The position numbers and the translations under genes are program-made. From the NCBI GenBank assembly GCA_963770835.1, contig CAVYRH010000019.1, positions 352,001 through 416,000 on the forward strand: 64,000 bases of DNA, read 5' to 3'. Below the pieces are notes generated by a model. It saw nothing but the letters and a program-made list of their open reading frames with translations, was not told where the DNA came from and did not search any database. Positions 47,349-56,887 of this stretch are shown piece after piece; the stretch's first letter is position 1; each line of letters starts with the position of its first letter. The stretch comes from an uncultured Pseudomonadota bacterium (GTDB taxonomy: Bacteria > Oederibacteriota > Muellerivitia > Muellerivitales > Muellerivitaceae).

Positions 47349-48335
47349 CTAGGGGCCAAAAACCTGGATGAGGTCGTTATTATAATCGGCCACGTAAATA
47401 TCCGGGTTCAGGCCTGGGCTCGATAGGGCCACTCCGTCGGGCCCGAAGAGGTAAGAACCCGCCAAACTGCCCCAAACGGCAAGGACGTGTCCGTTGGCGT
47501 CGTATTCCTCCATCAGGCCGTTACCGTTTTGAAATGTCCCGTCCCCGTAATCCGCGGCGTACACATTGCCGCTTCCATCCACCGCGATCCCGAACAGGTC
47601 CGCGTAGTTGACGGCTTTCCAGGAAGTGATGAGGGTGGTGCCCCCGGAAGCGAATTCCAAAACCCTCTCATTACCCGCATCCGCCACATAAACGGTGGTT
47701 CCGGAACAAGCCACGGCGCTGGGTTGGAAGAAATTCACGCCCCCGCCCGAATTCCATTGGTGCATTATGGTTCCAGTGGAAGCGAACTCATCAACTTCAT
47801 TATTACCCGTGTCGGCCACATAGATGTTCCCCGCCGAATCGGCGCAAATGCCTTCCGGCGCGTTGAAGGGCTGGCTGCCATAACCCGTCCAAGAAGCCAC
47901 GGTGGCCCCCGCCGAGGTGAATTCATAAACGGCATTGTTCAAGTTATCCGACACGTAAATATCATTGTTGTTGGTGTTAAAGGCCACTCCCCCAGGCCAT
48001 CCAAAGCTGACAGAGCCGTAGGCCGTCCACTGACTCAGGGGCGAGGAAGGGCTGGAGGAGTTGAAAACCTCCACCATGGCCACGTTGTTATCAGCCTCTG
48101 CCACGTAAACCGTGGCGCCCATCCCGAAAGCCAGGGCATTGGGCCCCCCGGCAGTGCCCCAGCTGGTTTTGTAGGCCGGCGTAGGAACCGCGTATGTGGG
48201 GTTGGCCACGGGGGTGGAAGGAGGACGGTATTGCCCGCCTTGGGAAGGCCCGTAGGGCAAATTGGGATAATTACAGGCCAGTGGCAGAAGGGAAACGGAA
48301 GCTAAACAAAAAAGGGAAACGAATGTTTTTTTCAT
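47349..48335 (-). CDS. NHL-repeat beta-propeller lipoprotein
   Basis: Lipobox PLA-C; repeats such as FNAPEGICADSAGNIYVADTGNNEV. Confidence 0.85.
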   Translation of the reverse strand: MKKTFVSLFCLASVSLLPLACNYPNLPYGPSQGGQYRPPSTPVANPTYAVPTPAYKTSWGTAGGPNALAFGMGATVYVAEADNNVAMVEVFNSSSPSSPLSQWTAYGSVSFGWPGGVAFNTNNNDIYVSDNLNNAVYEFTSAGATVASWTGYGSQPFNAPEGICADSAGNIYVADTGNNEVDEFASTGTIMHQWNSGGGVNFFQPSAVACSGTTVYVADAGNERVLEFASGGTTLITSWKAVNYADLFGIAVDGSGNVYAADYGDGTFQNGNGLMEEYDANGHVLAVWGSLAGSYLFGPDGVALSSPGLNPDIYVADYNNDLIQVFGP

Positions 48336-48467
48336 CTTTTTCCTCCGCGTAAAGAAGATGACGGTAAGTTTACCGCTTCTTTTTAGACGAAAGCCAGCCT
48401 CTGCTTGTTTCGGCGGCGCTTGAGATTAATGGGCTTTCCCGGCTAACCCGGTGGGAAAAAACGAAAT

Positions 48468-49574
48468 TCAGGAAGGTTTTTGGATGATCCCACCGCCGAC
48501 TACGATGTCGCCGTCGTAAAAGACCGTGGATTGGCCGGGCGTGACCGCCCGGGCCGGGTCTTTGAGGACAACCTTGACCTGTTTCGGCCCTTCGGGATAA
48601 ATCACCGCAGGTTGTTCCAACGAGCGGTAGCGGATTTTTGCCAGCACTTCTTTCGGTTCAGTCATGGGCTCCCATGCCACCCAATTCATCTCGGCAACTT
48701 CGAATTCCTTGACGAAAGTATCCTTGTCCCGGCCTACGACCACCGTGGCTGTATCGGGTTGAAGTTCCACGACAAAGTAAGGCCCACCGGACAAACCCAT
48801 GCCCTTGCGCTGGCCGATGGTGTAACCGGCAATTCCCTCGTGCCGGCCCAAAACATTGCCTTCCACATCCATGATGTTGCCGGGCACAAAAGCCCGGGGC
48901 CGGTGCATTTTCACGAAATCCCGGTAGCTCTTTTGGGTGACGAAACAGATTTCCATACTTTCCGGCTTCTCGGCGGTGTTGAGCCCTAAGGCCCTTGCCT
49001 TTTCCCGCACCTGGGGCTTGGTGATTTCCCCCAACGGGAAAAGCAGGTGGGCCAGGAGTTTTTGAGTGAGTTTATAGAGAACGTAACTCTGGTCCTTATC
49101 CGGGTCCGCAGCCTTGCGGATGCGAAAACGGCCCGTCACAGGGTCCTGGTCCAGCCGCGCATAATGGCCGGTGGCCAGCTTCTCGCACCCCAGGGTCAAG
49201 GCTTGCTGGAGCAAAAGGGGGAGCTTGGCGAAGCGGTTGCACTCCACGCAAGGGTTGGGGGTTAAACCTTGTTCGTATTCGTCGAGGAACCGGTCCACCA
49301 CATTGGCGCGGAACACGTCCAGGCCTTCGTTGACGTAATGCGGCGCGCCCAGCTTCAGGGCTACGTCCCGGGCGTCTTGGATGTCCTCCACCGAACAGCA
49401 ACGCTGTCCCTTGGGCTCGACGGCCTTAACTGAAACCGCGCCGTTTTCCCCTGGCGTGATCTCGCAAGGTAATATTTTGAGGGTCAACCCGACCACATCA
49501 TGGCCCTGCTCTTTCAACAGACCCAAGACGGTGGATGAATCCACCCCTCCACTCATCGCGACGCCGATCTTCAT
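48468..49574 (-). CDS. mnmA: tRNA 2-thiouridylase MnmA
   Basis: AMSGGVDS, TPNPCVECN, ATGHYA, KDQSY, TIGQRKG, VTPGQ. Confidence 0.97.
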   Translation of the reverse strand: MKIGVAMSGGVDSSTVLGLLKEQGHDVVGLTLKILPCEITPGENGAVSVKAVEPKGQRCCSVEDIQDARDVALKLGAPHYVNEGLDVFRANVVDRFLDEYEQGLTPNPCVECNRFAKLPLLLQQALTLGCEKLATGHYARLDQDPVTGRFRIRKAADPDKDQSYVLYKLTQKLLAHLLFPLGEITKPQVREKARALGLNTAEKPESMEICFVTQKSYRDFVKMHRPRAFVPGNIMDVEGNVLGRHEGIAGYTIGQRKGMGLSGGPYFVVELQPDTATVVVGRDKDTFVKEFEVAEMNWVAWEPMTEPKEVLAKIRYRSLEQPAVIYPEGPKQVKVVLKDPARAVTPGQSTVFYDGDIVVGGGIIQKPS

Positions 49575-50749
49575 CTCTTAGCCATCTCTTTCAGGGCCTT
49601 AACGGCTTTTTCGATTTCAACGGGCTTGTTGTAATATCCAAAACTAAACCTCACGGTGCCGATGGGATGAGTCCCGATGGTACGGTGGGCCAGGGGCGCG
49701 CAATGGAGCCCGACCCGCGTCATGATTCCATATTTCTCATCTAATTCAAACCCCACCTCGGAAGGGTCCCTGCCCTCGATATTCAGCGAAACAACCCCCA
49801 CCCTTTCCTTTTCGGCGCCCGCGGGAAGTCCGTAAATCTTGACACCCTTGATCTTTTCAACTTCCTTGAGGAAAGGGCCGGTCAAAGCTTCTTCCTTGCG
49901 CCGAACCGCCTGGACACTCGTCTTTAATAGAAAGTCCACCGCGGCTTTCAATCCCGCCAAACCCCAGTAATTCTGGGTTCCGCTCTCGAACTTATCCGGC
50001 CATTGGGAGGGCTGTTCTTCCTTGTCACTGTTGGAGCCCGTGCCCCCCTCAATAAAGGAATCCAGGTTCCACTTGGGTGAAACCGCCAGCCCGCCGGTGC
50101 CAGGCGGGCCCATCAGGCCCTTGTGGCCCGTAAAACAAAGAAAGTCGATATTCATGGTCTTCATATCAATGGGCACAACACCCGCGGTTTGGGCCGCATC
50201 CACCAGGAAGGCCACTTCCTTTTTGGCGCAAATCGCCCCTACTTCCTCCACGGGATTCAGGTTGCCGGTCACGTTGGAGGCATGGACCAGGCATACCAGC
50301 TTGGTATTGGGTTTGAGGGCCTTTTCGAAGTCGTAAGGATTCAGCCGCCCCAGGCTGTTGGCCGGGACGATGGTGTATTCAATCCCCCGGTTGGCCTTGA
50401 GCTTGTTCAGGGGCCGGATGACCGCGTTGTGCTCCATGCTGGAAAGCGCCACGTGATCCCCGCTTTTCAGGAACCCCTTCAAGGCAATATTGACGGCCTC
50501 GGTAACGTTCTTCGTGTAAAGAATGCGGTCGAGACGCGGAACATTAAAAAGCTTCCCCAAAGCCTGGCGGGTTTCAAAGACCAGTTCGTTCGCGTGGATG
50601 CCCGCTTCATAAGTCCCGCGGCCATGGGAAACACCCACTTCCGTGGCATACTTCACGACAGCCTTGAGCACCTGCGGGGGCTTCTGCCGTGTTGTGGCCG
50701 CGCAATCCAGGTAAATTTCGTTTCTTTTTTTCTTCTTCGTGTTCTTCAT
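49571..50749 (-). CDS. Cysteine desulfurase-family PLP enzyme (aminotransferase class V)
   Basis: YLDCAATT, HASNVTG, DAAQTAG, FTGHKGL, RVGLHCAP. Confidence 0.9.
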   Translation of the reverse strand: MKNTKKKKRNEIYLDCAATTRQKPPQVLKAVVKYATEVGVSHGRGTYEAGIHANELVFETRQALGKLFNVPRLDRILYTKNVTEAVNIALKGFLKSGDHVALSSMEHNAVIRPLNKLKANRGIEYTIVPANSLGRLNPYDFEKALKPNTKLVCLVHASNVTGNLNPVEEVGAICAKKEVAFLVDAAQTAGVVPIDMKTMNIDFLCFTGHKGLMGPPGTGGLAVSPKWNLDSFIEGGTGSNSDKEEQPSQWPDKFESGTQNYWGLAGLKAAVDFLLKTSVQAVRRKEEALTGPFLKEVEKIKGVKIYGLPAGAEKERVGVVSLNIEGRDPSEVGFELDEKYGIMTRVGLHCAPLAHRTIGTHPIGTVRFSFGYYNKPVEIEKAVKALKEMAKR

Positions 50750-50829
50750 AGGAGGGTGATTCTAACATCAAAGCTGTACTTTTTCAGGGGACGGTGTTTA
50801 AACAACACAGGGGCTTTTCAGCCCTTTAA

Positions 50830-50864
50830 CTGCGAGCTGCGGACTGTCGACCATGAACTGCCGT
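50830..50864. repeat. Tandem heptamer array
   Basis: CTGCGAG CTGCGGA CTGTCGA CCATGAA CTGCCGT, abutting the bactofilin stop codon; same family as 27313-27346. Confidence 0.65.
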
Positions 50865-51257
50865 TCAACTTTCCCGGGCCTTTTGGATATCCACCACCTT
50901 GGCCGCATCTTCCATTTGGCAGTTGCCCTCGAAAACGGCGCCTTCCTCAAGGATGAGATTGGGGGCCGAGAGGTCTCCCTCGATTTGGGCCGAGGCTTGC
51001 AGTTCCAGGCGTTGGGTGGCGGTGATGTTTCCCTTCACTTTCCCGCCGATCAGGATGGACCGGCCCGTCAAATTTCCCCGCACCATGCCCTTATCGCCCA
51101 CAATGATGCCGTCTTCGCTGGTGACGTTGCCGTAAATCTCCCCATCAATCCGGATGCTGTGCTTGGAATTGCAGCTTCCGCGTAGGGAGGTTTCCTGGCC
51201 GATGACCGTATCCACTTGCCCCATGGCCTTGGAATCGCCGAACCCAAAGAATCCCAT
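50865..51257 (-). CDS. Bactofilin (polymer-forming cytoskeletal protein)
   Basis: TVIGQETSLRG...IRIDGEIYGNV...IEGDLSAPNLILEEGAVFEGNCQM. Confidence 0.93.
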   Translation of the reverse strand: MGFFGFGDSKAMGQVDTVIGQETSLRGSCNSKHSIRIDGEIYGNVTSEDGIIVGDKGMVRGNLTGRSILIGGKVKGNITATQRLELQASAQIEGDLSAPNLILEEGAVFEGNCQMEDAAKVVDIQKARES

Positions 51258-51305
51258 TTACCGCTCCTGCATCGCAAATTCTAATGGTGAATCAGGGATT
51301 ATCTT

Positions 51306-52226
51306 TTAGTCGGTTTTGGGAAGGTATTTTTCGGGGTCCACAGGCATCCCGTGGATACGGACCTCGTAGTGGACATGGCTGCCCGTGCTGCGGCCGGTGG
51401 AACCCATGTAGGCGATGATTTGCCCCCGCTTGACTTCCTCCCCCACCTTGACCTCGATTCGGGCGCAATGTCCGTAGCGGGTGCTGTAGCCGTAGCCGTG
51501 CTCGACGACCACCAAGCGTCCATAACCCGACTCCCAACCCGAGTAGGTCACAATACCGTCTGCCGTGACACGGATAGGTGTATCCACCTCGTTGGCGATG
51601 TCCACGCCCATGTGCCGGCCCGGTTCCCCGGTCAAGGGCGAAGCCCTTGCGCCGAAACCGGAGGTAATCCAACCCTTGACCGGCCAAATGGAGGGGGTAG
51701 CCGACAGGATGGAGCGCTGTTTGTCCAAGAATACGCTGATCTCCTTAAAGCTGGCCTCCTGTTGGGTCGCCTGTTGGTTGGTGAGTTTGAGGTTGGCGTT
51801 CACCTTATCCATCAATTGGTCGTTCTTTTCCTGCAGCAGGGCGGAAAAGCGGGCCGAATCTTCCTCCGTGGGACCGCCCATGCCGTTGAACTCGGAAAGA
51901 ACTTCCTTGCGGTTGCCCAGCTTCAGGAGCTTGCGGAATTGAGAATCCATGGCCGACATGCGGGATAGGAGTGCGCGGTTGGTTTCCAGTTCGCTCATGA
52001 TCTCCTGCATATTGCTTTTGAACCGCTGTTCGGTCAGTTGGGCTAATTGGTAGTTCACGTCCTTGGCCACCACCAAACCGGCCCAGATTAAAAGCCCCCC
52101 CAATCCCAAAACGAGGGCGTGAACCATGAAAAGGTTGGTTTTGATTTGAACGGGTTTGCCGCCGTCATGGGGAACGACCATGAAGGTCATCTTTTTTTTG
52201 AGGTAAGAGCGTAGGAAATGCGGCAT
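51306..52226 (-). CDS. M23 family metallopeptidase with N-terminal TM and coiled coil
   Basis: TPSIWPVKGWITSGFG, HMGVD, STRYGH, GRSTGSHVHYEV. Confidence 0.93.
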   Translation of the reverse strand: MPHFLRSYLKKKMTFMVVPHDGGKPVQIKTNLFMVHALVLGLGGLLIWAGLVVAKDVNYQLAQLTEQRFKSNMQEIMSELETNRALLSRMSAMDSQFRKLLKLGNRKEVLSEFNGMGGPTEEDSARFSALLQEKNDQLMDKVNANLKLTNQQATQQEASFKEISVFLDKQRSILSATPSIWPVKGWITSGFGARASPLTGEPGRHMGVDIANEVDTPIRVTADGIVTYSGWESGYGRLVVVEHGYGYSTRYGHCARIEVKVGEEVKRGQIIAYMGSTGRSTGSHVHYEVRIHGMPVDPEKYLPKTD

Positions 52227-52355
52227 CCAATTGATCCTTAAAACGATAAAACGGTTGGTTTAACCATCACATTTAAAATAAAGGGGCCGCAAAATCCTGT
52301 CAATTGTTAATGAGGCTGCCGGGGTTAAAAGGTTTACTGAAGGGGGTAAAACCGC

Positions 52356-53093
52356 TTAATCCACCTTAAGACCGTTGCTTTGGATGAACTTGAAAACCTT
52401 TTCAAATACGGTCTGCTTATCGTAATCCATGGTCACGACGTGGTCCGAACGGTCCAGGTAAAGTAGGTGCTTGGAACCTGACCCTAGGGCTTGATAGACC
52501 AAATCACCGTTGGGCGGGGGCACCATGGAGTCCTTCCGGCCCTGGATGACTAGGGCGGGGGCAGTGATCCGGGGCAGTTCCCCCCGCACCACATCCATGA
52601 ATTTCTTCAGATCATAAAGGCTTTTAGTCATGACGTAAGGGTAAGTGAGATGGGGTGAAGAAGTTGGATCGAGAATGCCGCCCGTCAAACTGGTCGTCCA
52701 CCATTGGAGGAATCGGAAAAAGGCGATGCCGTTGAATCGAAAATCAAAAATGCGGACGGGAGCCGCCATGGGAATCACGCCCGCAACTGGGGCATCGGCA
52801 GCCAGGTGAAGGGCTTGATCGGCGCCCATGGACAACCCCCCTACGAAAACTTCGGAACAGCTTTGTTTGAGGTGATCGTAAGCCTCACGGGCGCTTTCCG
52901 CCCAATCCTGCCAGTTGGTTTTCGCCAAATCTCTTGGATTTGTGTCATGGCCCTTGAGCCAAGGCCCCAAGGTGGAAATGCCCCTTTCCGACAGGTAATT
53001 CCCCAGCGGTTCGACTTCCCCGGGGGTCCCGGTTAATCCGTGAAGGAGCAGGATGCCCGTATTCCCTTTTTTTGATTCAAACCCAATTTTCAT
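52356..53093 (-). CDS. Carboxylesterase (alpha/beta hydrolase)
   Basis: LLLHGLTG, GLSMG nucleophile elbow, D in GRKDSMV, H in SDHVV. Confidence 0.88.
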   Translation of the reverse strand: MKIGFESKKGNTGILLLHGLTGTPGEVEPLGNYLSERGISTLGPWLKGHDTNPRDLAKTNWQDWAESAREAYDHLKQSCSEVFVGGLSMGADQALHLAADAPVAGVIPMAAPVRIFDFRFNGIAFFRFLQWWTTSLTGGILDPTSSPHLTYPYVMTKSLYDLKKFMDVVRGELPRITAPALVIQGRKDSMVPPPNGDLVYQALGSGSKHLLYLDRSDHVVTMDYDKQTVFEKVFKFIQSNGLKVD

Positions 53094-53108
53094 AAAACCG
53101 CCATGTGG

Positions 53109-53723
53109 TTAGCTTTTATGGTTTGCCGCGTCAAGTTGCTGGATTCGATGAAGTGTAAAAAGAATTTCATTATCCGTGGGCCTGTCCGTGGGATCTTTCC
53201 CGATGTACTTGAAACGGATAATCTTGTTCGAGTCGATGATGAGGGTTGTCGGCCGGGCGATATCTTTACCATCATGCCCATTCGGATGGCGGGCCCCATA
53301 GGCGTCGATGACCTGGAGATTCGGATCGGACAAAAGGGGAAAGGGAAAACGCCATTGTTGGTTGAAGTCCGCGGAGTCCTGGACGGAATCCGCGCTGACC
53401 GCCGCGACGGTGGCGTTCTGGGCGAGAAACTTGGGATAATCCTCTTTTAAACCGGCCAATTGCCCCTGACAGGCGCTGCACCAGGCGCCACGGTAAAGAA
53501 TAAGGACCAGGTACCAGCCAGGCTTCAAGTCCGCCTGCTTCACAAGATGGCCCGTGCTGTCCATCAGGGAAAAATCATAGGCTTTGTCCCCAGGAACAAG
53601 GCCCCCGGGTTTGGAGGTGGCCGGTTGGGACGATTGGACACAACCCTGGAACAAACTCACCGTTCCAACCAAACCAAGGGTTACTAATAGGAAGAGTGAA
53701 ATTCTAATTTTCCTCAGTGCCAC
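53109..53723 (-). CDS. Exported peroxiredoxin-like AhpC/TSA protein
   Basis: YRGAWCSAC, FPLLSDP, ARPTTLIID; N-terminal signal with a possible lipobox (FQG-C). Confidence 0.8.
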   Translation of the reverse strand: MALRKIRISLFLLVTLGLVGTVSLFQGCVQSSQPATSKPGGLVPGDKAYDFSLMDSTGHLVKQADLKPGWYLVLILYRGAWCSACQGQLAGLKEDYPKFLAQNATVAAVSADSVQDSADFNQQWRFPFPLLSDPNLQVIDAYGARHPNGHDGKDIARPTTLIIDSNKIIRFKYIGKDPTDRPTDNEILFTLHRIQQLDAANHKS

Positions 53724-53767
53724 TTGGCCTTCTTTCTTTTTTGGGAATCAATTTCGAGGTTCATCCA

Positions 53768-53814
53768 ATAGTTTCCCAAAGGCGTTGACATTGTCAATTG
53801 CCATTCCCAATAAT
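53768..53814. promoter_or_regulatory. Back-to-back sigma70-type promoters around a TTGACA-T-TGTCAA palindrome
   Basis: Plus strand: TTGACA(53785)-N18-AATAAT. Minus strand: TTGACA(53797)-N18-AACTAT. Confidence 0.5.
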
Positions 53815-53840
53815 ACCCCACTAAGGAGCTTAAGCCGTTC

Positions 53841-54137
53841 ATGAATTTTTTCCGCAAAAACCTGTTCCCCTTCACGGCCTTTGCCTTCGCGACCTTCCTT
53901 TCGGTCCTGGCGATCGAGGGTTTTCACCATCACGATGACGGCCTTGAGGGGCACGACGATTGTTCCATCTGTAGTTGGCAGGTCAACGGTTCCCAGGCTC
54001 CCTCGACTCCTGCTCCCCCTCTTTTATTTCAAGCGCTTTTATTATTCATCGCTCTTTTCATCTTTACGCCTTCCCCTCCTTCTACTTTCGTTTCTTTTTC
54101 GACTTCCGGTAGGGCCCCGCCGTCCATCCTCCTGTAA
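53841..54137 (+). CDS. DUF2946-like (CruR/CutF-type) leader peptide 1 with His cluster, CxxC and RAPP motif
   Basis: TAAGGAG RBS; hydrophobic N-terminus, EGFHHHDD...HDDCSIC, C-terminal SGRAPPSILL; upstream of a TonB-dependent receptor. Confidence 0.85.
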   Translation: MNFFRKNLFPFTAFAFATFLSVLAIEGFHHHDDGLEGHDDCSICSWQVNGSQAPSTPAPPLLFQALLLFIALFIFTPSPPSTFVSFSTSGRAPPSILL

Positions 54138-54309
54138 CGAATCTTCGGCTTCCAAAAGTTGGAGGCCGCGCTCGCTTTTCAGGGGGATTTTTCTTTGAGT
54201 TCCGCTCAATCGTAAAACTCCCATAACAACCAATCCATTTAGTTTTCGTTCCGGCGTCGGCCCGCATTCTGGATCGACCGGGCGAAATTCCAAACACCAG
54301 GGGAGAAGA

Positions 54310-56772
54310 ATGACCACTTATAACAAGATGCTTTTACTGTTGTTGGCGCTTTTCAGTTTTTGTACAACAAGAGCCTTGGCCACCGTCAATGGCGCCCTTT
54401 CGGGCACCGTTTTGGACGACAAGGGCGTGGCCGTAGCGAATGCTAAGGTGACAATCACGGGAAATGGCATTGAAAAGGATTTAACCTCTTCGGCTACGGG
54501 GACTTTCCAGGCTTTCCCGCTGACAATCGGGGATTATGTGGTGTCTGTTACCGCCGATGGATTTGTTCCTTATAAGTCCACGGTGACGGTCGCGGCAAGC
54601 AATACGCCCCTGGAAGTGCGCTTATCGCCGGGGGAAATGCAAATGAAGGTAACCGCCAAACGCAACGAAATCACCTCCGCTCCCGACAGCAGCCGGTCCC
54701 TGGACCAAAGCGATATTGAGCAGCTTCCCCAGGGCAACACTCAGGATATCCGCCATTTGTTATATGACACGACACCCGGTTTTTGGGAGGGGCCTTTTGG
54801 CCAGGTCTTTACCCGCGGCAACCACGCCAATTTGCAGTACCAGGTCGACGGCATTCAATTGCCTGACTCGGTGGGCGGTTCCTTCGGGGAGGCCTTTACC
54901 CCGGTCAATATTGACCATATGGAAATTTTAACGGGCGGCCTCCAGCCGGAATTCGGCAACCGTTTGGCCGGCGTTATTAATATCGTCACAAAATCCGGCA
55001 GCACCGAACAAGGCGGGGAGATCGGGACCAGTTTCGGGTCTTATAACCAGACCCAGTCCTACGCCACCTACGGCGGTGCGGATGTTTCGGGCGCCTGGCA
55101 TTACCTTCTCTCGGTCAACGCCTCGTCGACCGGAAGGGGCTTGGACACGCCGGCGCCGGCGGACATCAACGCCGACCAGAACGGCGGAAGCGAGGATGTG
55201 GTCCACGACCAGGAATATAGTTCTGATGAATTCATGAAATTGGATTGGCAGGCCGACAACTTCAATAAATTCATCCTGTCCGCCTTCGTCGAGAACAAAT
55301 TCAACCAGATACCGGATTACGACAGTTCCTTCGACCCCGGCGGCCCTAATTTTGCCTATTTTAACGGAAATTTAGATCCCCTCGGGAACGGCCCCTTTAA
55401 TTACGTTCCTTCCACCACCAACGATACGCAGGCCGAAGCCAACAGGTATGTGGAGTTCTCATGGGTCCACACCTTTGACGACGAATCCTTCATTCAGATA
55501 TCGCCGTATTTCAAAGAGTCCAACCTGACCTTTAACGGCGATCCGGCGAATGACTTGGCTTTCGCTGGAAACCCCGCAAACAATTCAATCGCGGCCAATT
55601 GGCTCAACAATGACGGCGTCACCCTCCTCGATTCTTCCTATTCACAGGACCGCACCAGCGACAATTACGGGACCCAGGTGGATTACACCTGGCGGCCGGA
55701 TTCCAACAACCTGATCAAGGCGGGGACCCAGCTTCTTTTTACCCAGTCCTCCGGCCCGGTTTCCGTTCTTGAGGTTTCCAACACTGGATCCGGTCCGGTG
55801 ACATTACCCCCCGGCATCGACACTTCCATGGATCAGGGCTTTGAAGAAGGCGTTTATGTCCAGGACGAGCTGACTTTGGCCAAGTGGCTTGTCTTGAGCG
55901 GCGGCGTGCGGTTTGACGCCATTCAATACACGTTGAATATCGGGGGCGCCAGCGGCCAGGTTCAAGATGACGACAGCAATTGGGGGCCACGGATCGGATT
56001 GAGCATCCTGGCTTCGGACGACACTAAATTCCACTTGTTCTACGGCAAACAATTCATGCCGGCTCCCCCGGAAGACCTGAAGGATACTTTCGTTGCCTTA
56101 GGTGTGGGGCAAGCGCTGGTCCCTTATAACATCAAGGCCGAAAAGGACGATTACTTCGAGGCGGGTTGGGCCCAACAGATGGGCACACACCTTTTCACCC
56201 TGAACGGCTACTTGAAGCTAGCCACCAACATGCTGGACGAGTCCCAGCTGTTGAATACCGGCATTGACCAGCCCTTCAATTACGCGCAGGGTTATGCCCA
56301 AGGCATCGAAGTCTCCTTACGCGGCAAATTGGATAAGGATTGGTCTGACTTCGCCAACTATACTTATAGCCTCGCCGAAGGGGAGGGGATCAGCGGGGGG
56401 GATTTCGCCTTCACGCAGGCATTGCTCCCGCCTCAAGGGATCTATCAACCCCTGGACCATGCCGAAATTCATACGGTTAATTTCGGGCTGACCTATAACC
56501 CGGGGGACCTTTGGATCACGGGGACGGGTTATTTCGGCGGCGGCCTGAGCTCCGGGCCGGGCCTCGCCGAGAGGCTGCCGAGCCACTTCACGTATGACGC
56601 CACCATCGGTTACGCCTTTAAGAAAGGCACCGGCCTCAACGGCTTGAAGGCCAGCTTGGATGTGATCAACATCGGCAATTATCCCTATGTCATTTTTATC
56701 AATGACGGCTACAACGGCAATCATTATGAAAATGGCCGGGAATTCGTCTTCCGATTGGCCGAGCAAATCTAG
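54310..56772 (+). CDS. TonB-dependent receptor with N-terminal carboxypeptidase-regulatory-like domain
   Basis: Signal peptide, LSGTVLDDKGVAVANAKV, plug (RGNH...YQVDGI...GGLQPEFGNRLAGVINIVTKSG), barrel ending GREFVFRL. Confidence 0.92.
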   Translation: MTTYNKMLLLLLALFSFCTTRALATVNGALSGTVLDDKGVAVANAKVTITGNGIEKDLTSSATGTFQAFPLTIGDYVVSVTADGFVPYKSTVTVAASNTPLEVRLSPGEMQMKVTAKRNEITSAPDSSRSLDQSDIEQLPQGNTQDIRHLLYDTTPGFWEGPFGQVFTRGNHANLQYQVDGIQLPDSVGGSFGEAFTPVNIDHMEILTGGLQPEFGNRLAGVINIVTKSGSTEQGGEIGTSFGSYNQTQSYATYGGADVSGAWHYLLSVNASSTGRGLDTPAPADINADQNGGSEDVVHDQEYSSDEFMKLDWQADNFNKFILSAFVENKFNQIPDYDSSFDPGGPNFAYFNGNLDPLGNGPFNYVPSTTNDTQAEANRYVEFSWVHTFDDESFIQISPYFKESNLTFNGDPANDLAFAGNPANNSIAANWLNNDGVTLLDSSYSQDRTSDNYGTQVDYTWRPDSNNLIKAGTQLLFTQSSGPVSVLEVSNTGSGPVTLPPGIDTSMDQGFEEGVYVQDELTLAKWLVLSGGVRFDAIQYTLNIGGASGQVQDDDSNWGPRIGLSILASDDTKFHLFYGKQFMPAPPEDLKDTFVALGVGQALVPYNIKAEKDDYFEAGWAQQMGTHLFTLNGYLKLATNMLDESQLLNTGIDQPFNYAQGYAQGIEVSLRGKLDKDWSDFANYTYSLAEGEGISGGDFAFTQALLPPQGIYQPLDHAEIHTVNFGLTYNPGDLWITGTGYFGGGLSSGPGLAERLPSHFTYDATIGYAFKKGTGLNGLKASLDVINIGNYPYVIFINDGYNGNHYENGREFVFRLAEQI

Positions 56773-56783
56773 TAGAAAGGTGG

Positions 56784-56858
56784 GGCGCCGGAGGGTTTAA
56801 TCCCCCTACGGCGTCTTAACCCCAAAGGGTTCACGCCCGGACCCTTTAGGGTTAAGAC
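56784..56858. repeat. Two adjacent stem-loops between the receptor and exbB
   Basis: GGCGCCGGAGGG/CCCTACGGCGTC and a 20-bp stem GTCTTAACCCCAAAGGGTTC/GGACCCTTTAGGGTTAAGAC. Confidence 0.7.
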
Positions 56859-56887
56859 ACACTCAATTTTCAAAAAAGGAAAAAGAA

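Noticed and set aside
54138..54309. Cobalamin or other riboswitch before the TonB-dependent receptor
   Set aside because: No B12-box or other recognisable aptamer by eye; an Infernal/Rfam scan would be decisive.
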